NCBI GenBank assembly: GCA_964473825.1
Contig: CAYYQL010000009.1
Span: forward strand, 33,499 to 80,103
Length of the DNA stretch: 46,605 nt
Direction of reading: 5' to 3'
Source: an uncultured archaeon
GTDB taxonomy: Archaea; Asgardarchaeota; Thorarchaeia; Thorarchaeales; Thorarchaeaceae
The notes below the pieces were generated by a model that did no database searches, was not told the DNA's origin, and worked only from the letters and a program-made list of their open reading frames with translations. Of this stretch, positions 35,267 to 45,341 are shown piece by piece. A program made the position numbers and the translations under genes. The number at the start of each line of letters is the position of its first letter. Positions within the stretch are counted from its first letter, which is position 1.

Positions 35267-36334
35267 CTAGACTATCCAGTCCTTGTTCTGACTCAACTTG
35301 AGGAAGATATCATCACAAGCAGCATCAAAATCGCTGTACATCCCGTATTCCCCACCCGCAGCATAGGGATGTCCACCACCGTTGAATATCCTCGCAGCCT
35401 CATTGCAGAGGACAGACTCGTTTCCTCTTCTGAAACCAAGCATCCCTCCGGGACTCAGCGCTATGAAGAGGTCCGCTATAGGAAGACTCTGTTCTTCCAA
35501 CCTGAGATTCTCCTCATCCGTCACGAAGGTCCCCATGTCAGTCGTTGTCACACCACTTGGAATCTCGACAATTCTCACAATTCGACCATTTATCTCGTGG
35601 TCAACGTGATGAGCCAGAGCCTTTCTCATCCTCTTAGACTTGTCACGCCTGTAGCTCTTGACTCGCTGTTCGAGCACATGGTCTTTGAACCTACTTAGTT
35701 TCTCATCCCAAATCCGTTCAATGCCCCCTTCGGCCAGCTTCTCCACAAGTGGATAGAGTGCTTCAGTGATGTCTTCCTTCCGGTCAATTGCATTGAACCG
35801 GATTATTGATACTGCATCTGTCAGACTGTTCGCAACCTCTATCTCTCGGAGATTGAAGTCCGTATCATGTGCAATCATGGCTAGCTCTGCGCAGATAGAA
35901 TCGCGCGGCATGAGGACTTTGTAGGCAATCTCAGCCGCACAATACTCGTGATTGATTTTAAGGATGGGCTTGTTATCCAGCGATAAGACTGTAGATATCG
36001 CCGTGTCCGGCCAGAAATGATGATCTAACCATACCAATCGACAACCCTGAGAAACGGCACTTCTCAATCTAGGTAGAACCAAGGCCAACGCCTCTTCATC
36101 CATTCCTAAATCAGTCACGACAATGAGTGCGTTCCTCAATCGGGACACGTCTTTAAACGCCTTGTCAAAGCCGCCATAATCTGTGAGAACCAGACTGTGA
36201 CGGAGATCCTTCTGCATGGCATATCTCCTTACGATAGCAGCAGCATTTATCCCGTCCACATCTTTATCATGTGATATGGAATGCAATGCGTCAATCTTGT
36301 TCTTAGATGAAGCGTCTGGATTCATGATAGCCAC
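35267..36334 (-). CDS. DHH/DHHA1 family phosphoesterase
   Basis: SHDKDVDG, VTD, WLDHH, CAA, GGGHPYAAG. Confidence 0.88.
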   Translation of the reverse strand: MAIMNPDASSKNKIDALHSISHDKDVDGINAAAIVRRYAMQKDLRHSLVLTDYGGFDKAFKDVSRLRNALIVVTDLGMDEEALALVLPRLRSAVSQGCRLVWLDHHFWPDTAISTVLSLDNKPILKINHEYCAAEIAYKVLMPRDSICAELAMIAHDTDFNLREIEVANSLTDAVSIIRFNAIDRKEDITEALYPLVEKLAEGGIERIWDEKLSRFKDHVLEQRVKSYRRDKSKRMRKALAHHVDHEINGRIVRIVEIPSGVTTTDMGTFVTDEENLRLEEQSLPIADLFIALSPGGMLGFRRGNESVLCNEAARIFNGGGHPYAAGGEYGMYSDFDAACDDIFLKLSQNKDWIV

Positions 36335-36440
36335 TACAATCGGATGATGGTTTGTTTTTGATTCTTACTCTCAGCCACGTTTGGTGCAAGTCGAAAATGA
36401 TTTCTTGGGCCGAGCAAGTTGGATGGGTGAGAAGCTAAAC

Positions 36441-38324
36441 ATGCTCAATCATGAAGAATCGAAAAGGGTCTTGCTCAGCGGAAACGAGGCAATAGCCAGA
36501 GGCGCTCTAGAGGGCGGGGTTGGTTTCGTTGCCTCCTATCCCGGAACTCCTTCCACGGGAATCACGACGGACCTGATGCGTCTAGCTGATACCTTTGATA
36601 TGCATGTGGAGTGGAGTACCAACGAGAAAGTGGCACTGGAGGCTGCTGTCGGAGCAAGCTGGATGGGGGTACCTGCCTTATGCTCCATGAAGTCCTTGGG
36701 TCTGAATGTGGCATCTGACTTCCTCCTCAATGTCAACCTCTCAGGTACAGGAGACGGAGGGATTGTCATTGTAGTATGTGATGACCCGAGGGGATACAGT
36801 TCGTCAAACGAACAAGACTCCCGATTCTACGCCAAGGCTGCGATGGTACCTCTTCTTGAGCCCTCCACCCCACAGGAAGCAAAAGACGTGGTCAGTCACG
36901 CTCTCGCTCTATCGTCAGAGAAAAAAGTCCCGGTTATGGTTCGAAGTACTACGCGACTGAGCCACTCGCGAGGAGTGGTTTTGACAGACAGCCTGACAAA
37001 AAGAGCGCGTACCCCGTACGAAAGGATACCTGATGGCCTTTACAATGTCCCCAATCCGCATCTAAGACACCGAGACCTGCTTGTCAAAATGGAAGAAATA
37101 GCAGAAGAGTTCAATCAGAGTCAGCTGAATACACTGAAGCTGACGGGCGACGGCGAGGTTACGGCCATCTCGTCCGGAGTCAGCTTCATGTACACTCGCG
37201 AGGGCATAGAACGACTAGGGCTTACCAATCGCGTGGGCTTACTACATCTCATAACGACCTATCCTCTGCCTGCATCATTGATTCACGAAGTGTTCAAACA
37301 CTCTGAGAGTGTTGTGTTTGTTGAAGAGGGGGACCCATTTGTAGAAGATTCGGTAAGAGTTCTAACGACCGTCTTGGACTGCGAAAGAAAGAGCATGTAT
37401 GGAAAGAGAACGGGTCACATTCCACGATACGGAGAGATGACCCCTGACCTAGCTACAGCCGCATTGAAAGACATTCTGTCGCTCGGCCATGAGGAAGCAA
37501 GAGGGCCGAGAAGAGAACTACTGGCGCGGATCGATGACCTAGTTGTTCCTCGACCCCTCACATTTTGCGCGGGTTGCACCCACAGAAATGCCTACTGGGC
37601 ACTCACCAGACTAAGAAGAAGGCTGAAAGGAAACCTCATCGTCACGGGCGATATTGGATGCTACTCTCTTGGTGTGTTTTACCATCGCATCATGAACACC
37701 ATGCAGGCGATGGGCTCAGGAATTGGCACAGCCAATGGAATCGCCCAGTTGAAGCAGTTCGGACTGAAGACAAAGACGATTGCGGTGGCCGGGGACTCAA
37801 CCTTCTATCACGCGTGTCTACCCGGGTTGATAAATGCAAGACACAAGAACCTCGACCTGACATTCCTGATTCTGGACAACGGCACAACCGCTATGACAGG
37901 TTTTCAATCACATCCGGGTTCAGATAGTCAGGCGTCAGGGGACAAGCTGGTTGAGATAGCTGATGTAGTTAGAGGCATTGGACCGGATCATCTTCTCATA
38001 GGAGACGCTCGAGAGGTACAAGAAACCATTGATCTGCTTTGGGACGCGGTCAATAGGCCCGGACTGAAAGTCGTTCTGTTGAGAGGGGTCTGTCGTCTGG
38101 AGAACAGGAGAAGGCCAGAAGAGACTACCGAGAAACGAGTACTTGTTGATAGTGGACTGTGCCAAGGAACGGACTGCCGAATCTGTGTGGGCGAGTTCGG
38201 ATGCTGCGCACTCGTCTGGAACGAAGCAGAAGAGGTTGCGGAAGTTGATAAAGCTGCATGCGTGCAATGTGGCGCGTGCATTGAGATTTGCCCTCATGGG
38301 GCCATCAAGTGGGAGGAATTCTAA
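36441..38324 (+). CDS. iorA: Indolepyruvate:ferredoxin oxidoreductase alpha subunit
   Basis: LSGNEAIARG, SYPGTPST, NEKVALE, MKSLGLNVASD, SSSNEQDSR, FCAGCTHR, GDIGCY, GDSTFYH, LDNGTTAMTG, C-terminal ferredoxin CVQCGACIEICP. Confidence 0.94.
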   Translation: MLNHEESKRVLLSGNEAIARGALEGGVGFVASYPGTPSTGITTDLMRLADTFDMHVEWSTNEKVALEAAVGASWMGVPALCSMKSLGLNVASDFLLNVNLSGTGDGGIVIVVCDDPRGYSSSNEQDSRFYAKAAMVPLLEPSTPQEAKDVVSHALALSSEKKVPVMVRSTTRLSHSRGVVLTDSLTKRARTPYERIPDGLYNVPNPHLRHRDLLVKMEEIAEEFNQSQLNTLKLTGDGEVTAISSGVSFMYTREGIERLGLTNRVGLLHLITTYPLPASLIHEVFKHSESVVFVEEGDPFVEDSVRVLTTVLDCERKSMYGKRTGHIPRYGEMTPDLATAALKDILSLGHEEARGPRRELLARIDDLVVPRPLTFCAGCTHRNAYWALTRLRRRLKGNLIVTGDIGCYSLGVFYHRIMNTMQAMGSGIGTANGIAQLKQFGLKTKTIAVAGDSTFYHACLPGLINARHKNLDLTFLILDNGTTAMTGFQSHPGSDSQASGDKLVEIADVVRGIGPDHLLIGDAREVQETIDLLWDAVNRPGLKVVLLRGVCRLENRRRPEETTEKRVLVDSGLCQGTDCRICVGEFGCCALVWNEAEEVAEVDKAACVQCGACIEICPHGAIKWEEF

Positions 38325-38935
38325 TGAACAGTTACAACATAATGATCGCAGGAGTAGGGGGACAGGGAAATCTGCAGTGTGGAGCCGTGCTGGCTGATGC
38401 AGCGATGGAGGCAGAAATGAAACCAGTCATCGGAGAAACTTTTGGAGCGTCAAGGCGTGGTGGAGGGGTCATCACTCATCTGAGAATCTCGAAAGAGTGC
38501 ACGGGCCCACTGATACCTCAGAGGGAGGTGGACCTCATGTTGGGACTGGAGCCCTTGGAAACACTTCGCGCAGCCCGAAACTTCGGCGGCAGAAGAACAT
38601 CCGTTGTCATGAGCGATATGAGAATAGAAACAATGGAAACGCTCGCTGGAACTACTCATTATCCACACATCGATGATATTGCCAGTTGTTTGAGAGAGCT
38701 GTGCAGAGATCTGATTGTAATCTCTCCCGTAAGCTTCTTGGAGAAACTGGGTACCTCCAGAGTACTGAACGCCTACATGATCGGAGCGGCTTCGCAGTTG
38801 GCAGATATCCCACTATCACGGACTCATATGGTAGTGGCTCTCAAGAATATGCCGGGTGATAGAAAACTGAACATCCGTGCCTTTGAACAGGGGATTGTAG
38901 ATGCGAAACGCTTGGAAACGAGAACTGATGACTAA
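38324..38935 (+). CDS. iorB: Indolepyruvate:ferredoxin oxidoreductase beta subunit
   Basis: AGVGGQG, ETFGASRRGGGV..HLRI, GLEPLETLR, N..AF..G; ATG 38324 overlaps the iorA TAA. Confidence 0.92.
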   Translation: MNSYNIMIAGVGGQGNLQCGAVLADAAMEAEMKPVIGETFGASRRGGGVITHLRISKECTGPLIPQREVDLMLGLEPLETLRAARNFGGRRTSVVMSDMRIETMETLAGTTHYPHIDDIASCLRELCRDLIVISPVSFLEKLGTSRVLNAYMIGAASQLADIPLSRTHMVVALKNMPGDRKLNIRAFEQGIVDAKRLETRTDD

Positions 38936-41274
38936 GACTTGTCTTTCTTCTTCTCCGTTGCCTTTCTCGCCTCACGCCACATGACCTCGGATAGAACCGT
39001 AAACATGTCCGCAACTCCCTCTCCGGTCTTGGCGCTGCTTTCCATATAGAGAAAGCCTTGGTCCTCTGCCCATTTCTTGGCCTCTTCAGAAGACACAGCT
39101 CGATCTGGCAAGTCAACTTTGTTTCCTACCACAACAATGGGTACACGCGTACCTATGGACTCATCAGCCTCTTGAACCCATTTTGGCAACTCGGTGAAAG
39201 AGCGTCTTCGGGTCACATCGTAGACAAGAATCACACCAGCAGCACCACTGTAGTACATCTTTCGAACTGCAGCAAATCGTGCCTGGCCTGCTACATCCCA
39301 TGCTTGAACTTTTATGCCGACCGCATATTCTGATTCGGGCGGGAAGACATGAGTGAGTTTGACCGCAAACTGACTCCCGATTGTTGTCTTGTAATCACGC
39401 TCGAAAACACCGGTCACATATCGATTGACAAGTGTTGTCTTCCCCACAGCACCTTCACCGGTGATCATCGTCTTAAACAGATAGCTGTATGCATCGCTTT
39501 GAGTACCGGGTCTAGGTGGCTTAGGTTTCCGCATTCGAATCTCGGCAACCAATGCACTCTCATCAGGTGCTGGTTCGATTTCAGTGACTTGGGTTTCGGC
39601 CAGGGAGGGTTGTGTTTCAGTTTCGCCAGCAACTGCACTCTGAATCCCGTCAATCTCGGACATATCGGGTTGAGCCGGTGTTTCACCAAAGAGCTTGTCC
39701 AGCAATTCTTCGGCCTCTCGGATTGAGGCATCCTTCTCGCCTCCCGATACGGCAGCTGCCAGCTCTGCTTTCTCTTCCGCGGACACCGAGCCAAAGCCAG
39801 TCCCCTTGACAGGAGCAAAGGATGAAGGCTCCTTGTAGACAGTTTCCTTCGCAGAACTCTTTTCTGCACGTCCTAAGGAAACGGATGGTTCCTCAGCTGC
39901 TGCTACTGCGGTAGAGCCTTTCTCTACAACTATGACTGTTTCAGGCGTGGTGGCCTGCTTTATCTGATCTTCACTATCCTTCCACATCAGAACAATAGGA
40001 CGTACAATGGCACTGCCCACAGCCATGGGTTTCAGTGTGATTTCTCTAGTGGCACTCTCGTTAGGGCCCAAGTCAATCTGAATCTGCTGAGGCTCTACGG
40101 TCATGGAGTCTTTGGGGAAGTGATAGATCTTACCGGATATTCCCGAGATGGTCTTGTTAGTGACGTTGACAACAGTGAGTCTGCCTGTCAGCTCTGTGCC
40201 TGCCTCTGCTGTCTGCGTAACACTGAAAGACGGAATGATCTGATAGAGCCCCTCAAGGACCTTCAATGGGCGTTCAGAAATGCCCACAAGAATCTCATTA
40301 CGATTATCGCCTCCCGCGTCGCCTACGGCAAGAGAAAGTATCTTTTCATCGATGCGAACCTCAGCGAGTTTCTTGAGCTCGGCCATATAGAGATTGTAGA
40401 ACAACACCCTGTGATCGGATGTGGCAATCACAATCTCATCCATATGGTCGGCATTGAGTTCTTTGATTCTTATCGACAGGGCATTGACGCCCTCCAAAGT
40501 GGAAAATAGGTCTAGTCTGCTCTCTTCGTTTCGATAGATTCTGATTGAGCCGTCATGGGTGACCACTCCAAGTTCCATCTTGCGGTCTCCAAGAATGTCG
40601 CCGGCCGAGAGAGAGATAACGGGACTCGGAAGGTTTAGAAGCTCTATCTGTTCGATTTCATGGTCACGCACCTTGAATATGCGCAGTGTTTTGTCACGAT
40701 TCCCCGTGACAATCTCGTCAATCTCATCGCCAATGACATCACAAGTTCCAATTGTGATGGGCATGTCATCTAGATCATATCTAGCAAACTCTGTGAGAAC
40801 GTCATCTGTGTCCATCTTCAAAACTCTGAGCGTGGAATCGCTTCCTCCAGCCAGAATCTCATTCTTGTTGTCTCCAGTAACATCTGTGACAACGACCGTG
40901 GTGACGAAGCGATCAATGGAGTGTTCAGCCAGTAACTCCAGAGAACCACTTGGGGCATAACGATAGACCTGCAGTGTTCCCGTCTGGCCGGGTATGTCCC
41001 CTGGTCCAATACTCCGACCAATCACGATTTCATTCTGGCCGTCATTGTTGGCGTCGGCTATTCGGATCGAGAGAACACTTCCAAGGAGATCATGCTGGGC
41101 CAGAAGGCGAACTTCGCTCTCGTTGGCATCGTATAGCTTGATAACACCGTCGCGCCCTCCGGTGCACAACTCAGGTTGCAGTGTGCCAGTGATATCTCCG
41201 ACTGCAATGGCGCTAGTACTTCTATCATCCTCAATCTCAAACAGTATACGTGGTGCAGTCAAGTCTGTTACCAT
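38932..41274 (-). CDS. Multidomain protein: 7 FG-GAP/VCBS-like beta-propeller blades + Ig-like domain + acidic linker + C-terminal Rab-like small GTPase
   Basis: Seven repeats of the form D...D...E[IL]..G..D..[LI]R[IV][FY]. GTPase motifs GEGAVGKT, YKTTIG, WDVAGQ, YYSGA, NKVD, ESSAK. Start is ATG 41274 or TTG 41304. Confidence 0.9.
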   Translation of the reverse strand: MVTDLTAPRILFEIEDDRSTSAIAVGDITGTLQPELCTGGRDGVIKLYDANESEVRLLAQHDLLGSVLSIRIADANNDGQNEIVIGRSIGPGDIPGQTGTLQVYRYAPSGSLELLAEHSIDRFVTTVVVTDVTGDNKNEILAGGSDSTLRVLKMDTDDVLTEFARYDLDDMPITIGTCDVIGDEIDEIVTGNRDKTLRIFKVRDHEIEQIELLNLPSPVISLSAGDILGDRKMELGVVTHDGSIRIYRNEESRLDLFSTLEGVNALSIRIKELNADHMDEIVIATSDHRVLFYNLYMAELKKLAEVRIDEKILSLAVGDAGGDNRNEILVGISERPLKVLEGLYQIIPSFSVTQTAEAGTELTGRLTVVNVTNKTISGISGKIYHFPKDSMTVEPQQIQIDLGPNESATREITLKPMAVGSAIVRPIVLMWKDSEDQIKQATTPETVIVVEKGSTAVAAAEEPSVSLGRAEKSSAKETVYKEPSSFAPVKGTGFGSVSAEEKAELAAAVSGGEKDASIREAEELLDKLFGETPAQPDMSEIDGIQSAVAGETETQPSLAETQVTEIEPAPDESALVAEIRMRKPKPPRPGTQSDAYSYLFKTMITGEGAVGKTTLVNRYVTGVFERDYKTTIGSQFAVKLTHVFPPESEYAVGIKVQAWDVAGQARFAAVRKMYYSGAAGVILVYDVTRRRSFTELPKWVQEADESIGTRVPIVVVGNKVDLPDRAVSSEEAKKWAEDQGFLYMESSAKTGEGVADMFTVLSEVMWREARKATEKKKDKS

Positions 41275-41459
41275 CCAACCCAAGTGAAACGACGTTCCAG
41301 CCAAATCATATATTCAGACACTTAGACTGTAAACATGTCTAACATATGAATTCGGGGTATGAGCCCTTTTGTACTTTGTGCGGTTCTAGCTAACAGGCTC
41401 TGGTTGAAAACACTTATGGACTCGATTATATCGTTAGATGTGCAGAAACTCGAAGGTGT

Positions 41460-42245
41460 ATGTGCTTGCCAAAACTTTCAGTTCGAAACCTGTACAAGAG
41501 TTATCCAAATGGAAACGGTGGAGTTACAAGGGTCTTAGAGAACATCTCATTTGACGTTCACGAGGGCGAGTTTCTAAGCATAGTTGGGCCATCTGGATGC
41601 GGCAAGACGACTCTACTGAAAATTATCGCCGGACTCATGGAACCTGACAGTGGTGAAGTCTTCATCGACGGAAAGAAAGTCAAAATGGGTCACAGCAAGG
41701 TTGGCTACATCTTCCAGCAAGAGAGCTTGTTTCCTTGGCGAACTGTCAGACAGAATATCGAGTTCGGCCTGGAAATCAAGGGTCTGTCACGTGAGGAGAA
41801 ACGAAGACTCTCAGACAAGATAATCACCCTGATCAGAATGAATGGCATGGAGGACAATCTCCCTCATGAGATATCAGGAGGGCAGGCCAGAAAAACGGAG
41901 ATGGCAAGAAGTCTCATCACATCTCCCGACCTGCTGGTGTCTGATGAAGGACTCTCGAATCTAGATGCCCAGACACGCAACTATCTTCAAGAAGAATTCC
42001 TGAGAATCTGGGAAGAAACAGGATCGACCATTCTATTTGTTTCCCATAACGTTGATGAGGCGGTCTTTATGTCTGATAGGATACTCGTCATGAGTAACAT
42101 GCCCGCAGAATTCATCAGGGAGTTCGCTGTGGACCTGTCGAGACCACGGGAACGCGCCAGCACGGGATGTCTTGAATACCGAGCAAAAATCCTTGAACTG
42201 CTTCGTGTGGAGCAAGAGAAGGCATTGGCGAGGCAAGAGAGTTAG
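41460..42245 (+). CDS. NitT/TauT family ABC transporter ATP-binding protein
   Basis: GPSGCGKTT, FQQESLFPWRTV, ISGGQ, DEGLSNLDAQTR, VSHNVDEAV. Confidence 0.92.
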   Translation: MCLPKLSVRNLYKSYPNGNGGVTRVLENISFDVHEGEFLSIVGPSGCGKTTLLKIIAGLMEPDSGEVFIDGKKVKMGHSKVGYIFQQESLFPWRTVRQNIEFGLEIKGLSREEKRRLSDKIITLIRMNGMEDNLPHEISGGQARKTEMARSLITSPDLLVSDEGLSNLDAQTRNYLQEEFLRIWEETGSTILFVSHNVDEAVFMSDRILVMSNMPAEFIREFAVDLSRPRERASTGCLEYRAKILELLRVEQEKALARQES

Positions 42246-43078
42246 ATGGATACTTCGGTCCGCCACCTCAAGATGTTCTTTTCAACATAGAGAAACGCAT
42301 AGCTGATGAAAAAACCAAATAGACCAATCATCAGCATTGCTGATATAGTCTGTCCGGTTCGCCCGAGCTGTTGAGATATTATGACTAGGTATCCCAGCCC
42401 CAATCCACCACCAATCATCTCTGCGGCAACTAGACACATCCAACCAATTCCGAAGCCAATCCTGAATCCGGCGAACATTTCCGGAGCAGCGGATGGAAGG
42501 ACAATCTTACGCAGTATCTCCGGTTCATCGGCTCCGAAACTTCGGGCAACGTCGATGTGGACCGGATTTGTTCGCTTTACCCCTGTTGTCGTATTGAGGA
42601 GAATTGGGAAAAATGCACCAATCCAGATGATGAAGACTTGAGCGCCAAGTAAGTTCGTTCTGAACATGAGAATTGAGAGCGGGATCCAAGCAATCGGTGG
42701 GATAGGACGCAGGGCCTCGACCACAGGACTCAGTATATCATTGATAACGCGATATCTACCGATGGCTATGCCCAGCGGCGAGGCAGTTACCAGAGCCAGA
42801 AGAAACCCCACCAAAACCCGATAGATACTCCTGCCGGCATGTTCTAAGAGTGTGACCCCATCTGTGTCCCCCTCAATCAGCAGCTCCACGAAGGCATGTC
42901 CAACATCAACGAGACTAAATCCACGTGCAACATATGCAACAAACTCCCAGATAGCAAGGAGAATGATGATTGGCAAGATCAGTCTTAGAAGCACGTTTCG
43001 GAAAGAAGCGAATACTCCCTGCTCTTCAGCAATACCATCGGCATAAGCCCCCGGGGATGTCGAAGTAGACTGGGTCAT
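42242..43078 (-). CDS. NitT/TauT family ABC transporter permease
   Basis: RPIPPIAWIP, FFPILLNT, ARSFGA EAA-like loop, W..LVAAEM, GLG. Probable start ATG 43078. Confidence 0.92.
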   Translation of the reverse strand: MTQSTSTSPGAYADGIAEEQGVFASFRNVLLRLILPIIILLAIWEFVAYVARGFSLVDVGHAFVELLIEGDTDGVTLLEHAGRSIYRVLVGFLLALVTASPLGIAIGRYRVINDILSPVVEALRPIPPIAWIPLSILMFRTNLLGAQVFIIWIGAFFPILLNTTTGVKRTNPVHIDVARSFGADEPEILRKIVLPSAAPEMFAGFRIGFGIGWMCLVAAEMIGGGLGLGYLVIISQQLGRTGQTISAMLMIGLFGFFISYAFLYVEKNILRWRTEVSI

Positions 43079-43131
43079 TGCACGCACGTAGTTCAAATGG
43101 CGGCTTTTGTGTCTGTCGTTCTTCTCCGCGG

Positions 43132-44112
43132 TCAGGCACTCTCAAGAAATGTGCTGTTGATGAAACCATCCAGAAACTCGGCCATATCTCCATAGTCCAT
43201 TTCGACCAGTTCCTCATGAATCAGGAACTCCAAGTATCTCTCCAATCCCGTCCGATTGAGAGTGTAGTCGTATATTATGCGGTTAAAGGCGGTCTCTACA
43301 GCCTCCTCTTCTGCACCAAGCCAATCAACAGCAATTGCTAAGGCATCAATCGGGTTCTGAACAATCCATTCTTCAGCTCGCTTGTGAACACTAATGACCT
43401 TCTGAACTCTATCGGGATGTTCTTGGAGAAAACTATTGGAAGATGCCACTACACAACAAGGGTGACGAGGCCATATCTCTCCAGAGAGCAGCAGAGGAAC
43501 GGCGAGGCCATCATACTCAGCAAGAGAGGGAAACGGTTCCCATGCTATGAATGCAGGCGAGCCTGGTGATAGAGATATACCCATGTCTTGGGGTCTAGCA
43601 GTTTCAAGTGAAACATCATCAATACTCATACCGGATTGGTTGAGCGCAAGACGCAGAATGAAGTTCTGAACGGTAGACGGACCCGGATGATAGATTGTCT
43701 TTCCTGCCAGATCAGACAGATCTACAATCCTCCCGTAATCATATTCCCCTTTGTGAACCATGATGGCTGAGCCCTCTAGATTCACAGCGGCCAAGATGGT
43801 AATCCCAATATCTTGGTTGATGCTCTTGGTCAAAGCAGGCGCTGCACCAAGATAGCCCATGTCAATCTGGCCGCCTAGGAAACCATCCATCTCATATGCA
43901 CCGTTACCAAACTGCAACAACTGGACACTGAGACCCTCTTCTTCAAACCAGCCCTTCTTGAGCGCAACACGCACAGCAAGCTGATGCAAGTCCTGATTGA
44001 GATATCCTATTCGAACATCGGGAACCGTTGTGGGATACCAGAGGGCAACGAGAGCCACAGACGATACGACGACAATGGCCAGCACAAGGGCAGTCATCTT
44101 GTTCTTTTCCAA
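43132..44112 (-). CDS. NitT/TauT (SsuA/NrtA-like) ABC substrate-binding protein
   Basis: N-terminal anchor helix, VRIGYL, GWFEEEGL, IDMGYLGAAP, WEPF, HPCCV. Confidence 0.9.
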   Translation of the reverse strand: MEKNKMTALVLAIVVVSSVALVALWYPTTVPDVRIGYLNQDLHQLAVRVALKKGWFEEEGLSVQLLQFGNGAYEMDGFLGGQIDMGYLGAAPALTKSINQDIGITILAAVNLEGSAIMVHKGEYDYGRIVDLSDLAGKTIYHPGPSTVQNFILRLALNQSGMSIDDVSLETARPQDMGISLSPGSPAFIAWEPFPSLAEYDGLAVPLLLSGEIWPRHPCCVVASSNSFLQEHPDRVQKVISVHKRAEEWIVQNPIDALAIAVDWLGAEEEAVETAFNRIIYDYTLNRTGLERYLEFLIHEELVEMDYGDMAEFLDGFINSTFLESA

Positions 44113-44220
44113 GAGAATACCTTCCTAATTCAACGATGCACCATTCTTCATATTAATCCTAAGATGTGACATCAATATGCAACATCAAGTTGATTAGAGA
44201 GGTACACCCTATCACACACC

Positions 44221-44598
44221 ATGTCGCTCCGGGAACGAATACCTGAACAGCTCAGACTCGCTGACGACGCCTATGTCTCCATAACTCTGGACGAGGACAT
44301 CGGAGTTTTTCCTACCAGCGAATACGTGCTGTTGGAGGTCTCACACAAGGCAGGGAGGATAGATTTCCTGAAGGTTGCAGCCACAGCCCATGACCTTGTC
44401 AAAGCTGACAGACGCATTGTGGCAATCAGGGGATTTGGATTCAAGGGCACGGGTCTCACCGTGAGGATTGCACATGAGATCAAGAAGCGAGAGAAACGGT
44501 TTGTCTATCGCATGACCTTTGATACCTTTGAAGCAACAGATGAAACAGGCAGGCCTCAGACCAGCATTCAGATAGTCATCATACCCCCGGAGAAGTGA
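44221..44598 (+). CDS. Divergent Alba-fold nucleic-acid-binding protein (putative)
   Basis: VAIRGFGFKGTGLTVRIAHEIKKR...FDT.E.....GRPQTSIQIVI parallels Alba (V.IKARG.AIS.AVDVAE...IGTE....GR...S.IEI.L). Confidence 0.6.
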   Translation: MSLRERIPEQLRLADDAYVSITLDEDIGVFPTSEYVLLEVSHKAGRIDFLKVAATAHDLVKADRRIVAIRGFGFKGTGLTVRIAHEIKKREKRFVYRMTFDTFEATDETGRPQTSIQIVIIPPEK

Positions 44599-44626
44599 CG
44601 ATAAAACCATGAAGAGATGACACAAC

Positions 44627-45235
44627 TTGACAGAAGACACTGCTGGGGAGGATGAACCCAGCTGGGCCAGACATACTCTAAGATGCAGAATGTCCAAACT
44701 GGAGTTCCCCGAGGCATGTCCGGTCTGTATGCGGGAGCCCGAGGATCTTGTCACTGTCACAGTTATCGAGAAATCGAGCTTCAACAAAGAATCCGATAAT
44801 ATCATCAGTGAGTACAGAGGCGTAAGAAACGAAGTGGATACGGCCCTAGCACAGGCAAGGGGTGCAGCCACCTTTTGGGTTCCGACTTGCATGCAACATG
44901 GCACTGGCAGTCTCAGAACCGATAGGAGTAAGCTGGTCGCCGTCTGTGGATTCTTTGGCCTGTTCTATGTTGTCCTCTACTACATCCTTGCAGTAATCAA
45001 TGCCGTTCAGTACTCACGACCACTCTTGCTTCCAGCTGTGGGACTCGCTATCAGCTCCGGAGTCATGATATTATTGCTACTCTACGGAGCCATACCTAGG
45101 TCTCTCGAACGGAATCTTAGGTTCATCGACATTGATAAGGGAAAGGGTGTTGTCTACCTGCAGATTAACAATCCGGATTATGCTGAGGCGTTCAGGCAGC
45201 TAAACCAAATGCATGCGGATGTAATAGGCCGATGA
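44627..45235 (+). CDS. Two-TM membrane protein with a putative Zn site
   Basis: FPEACPVC and VPTCMQH, two hydrophobic helices, C-terminal NPDYAEAF..LN. Confidence 0.72.
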   Translation: MTEDTAGEDEPSWARHTLRCRMSKLEFPEACPVCMREPEDLVTVTVIEKSSFNKESDNIISEYRGVRNEVDTALAQARGAATFWVPTCMQHGTGSLRTDRSKLVAVCGFFGLFYVVLYYILAVINAVQYSRPLLLPAVGLAISSGVMILLLLYGAIPRSLERNLRFIDIDKGKGVVYLQINNPDYAEAFRQLNQMHADVIGR

Positions 45236-45341
45236 GAGTCGGAATACTTTCGTCAAACGTATATGTCGGGAACTGCCTATGCATTAGGATGAACAGCTCG
45301 ATCCAAGCACGGAGGGGATCAGAATTCAAAGAAAGGTAGCT

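Noticed and set aside
38932-39490. Roco (Roc-COR) protein or a prenylated true Rab
   Set aside because: No COR domain follows the GTPase, there are no LRRs, and there is no C-terminal Cys motif.
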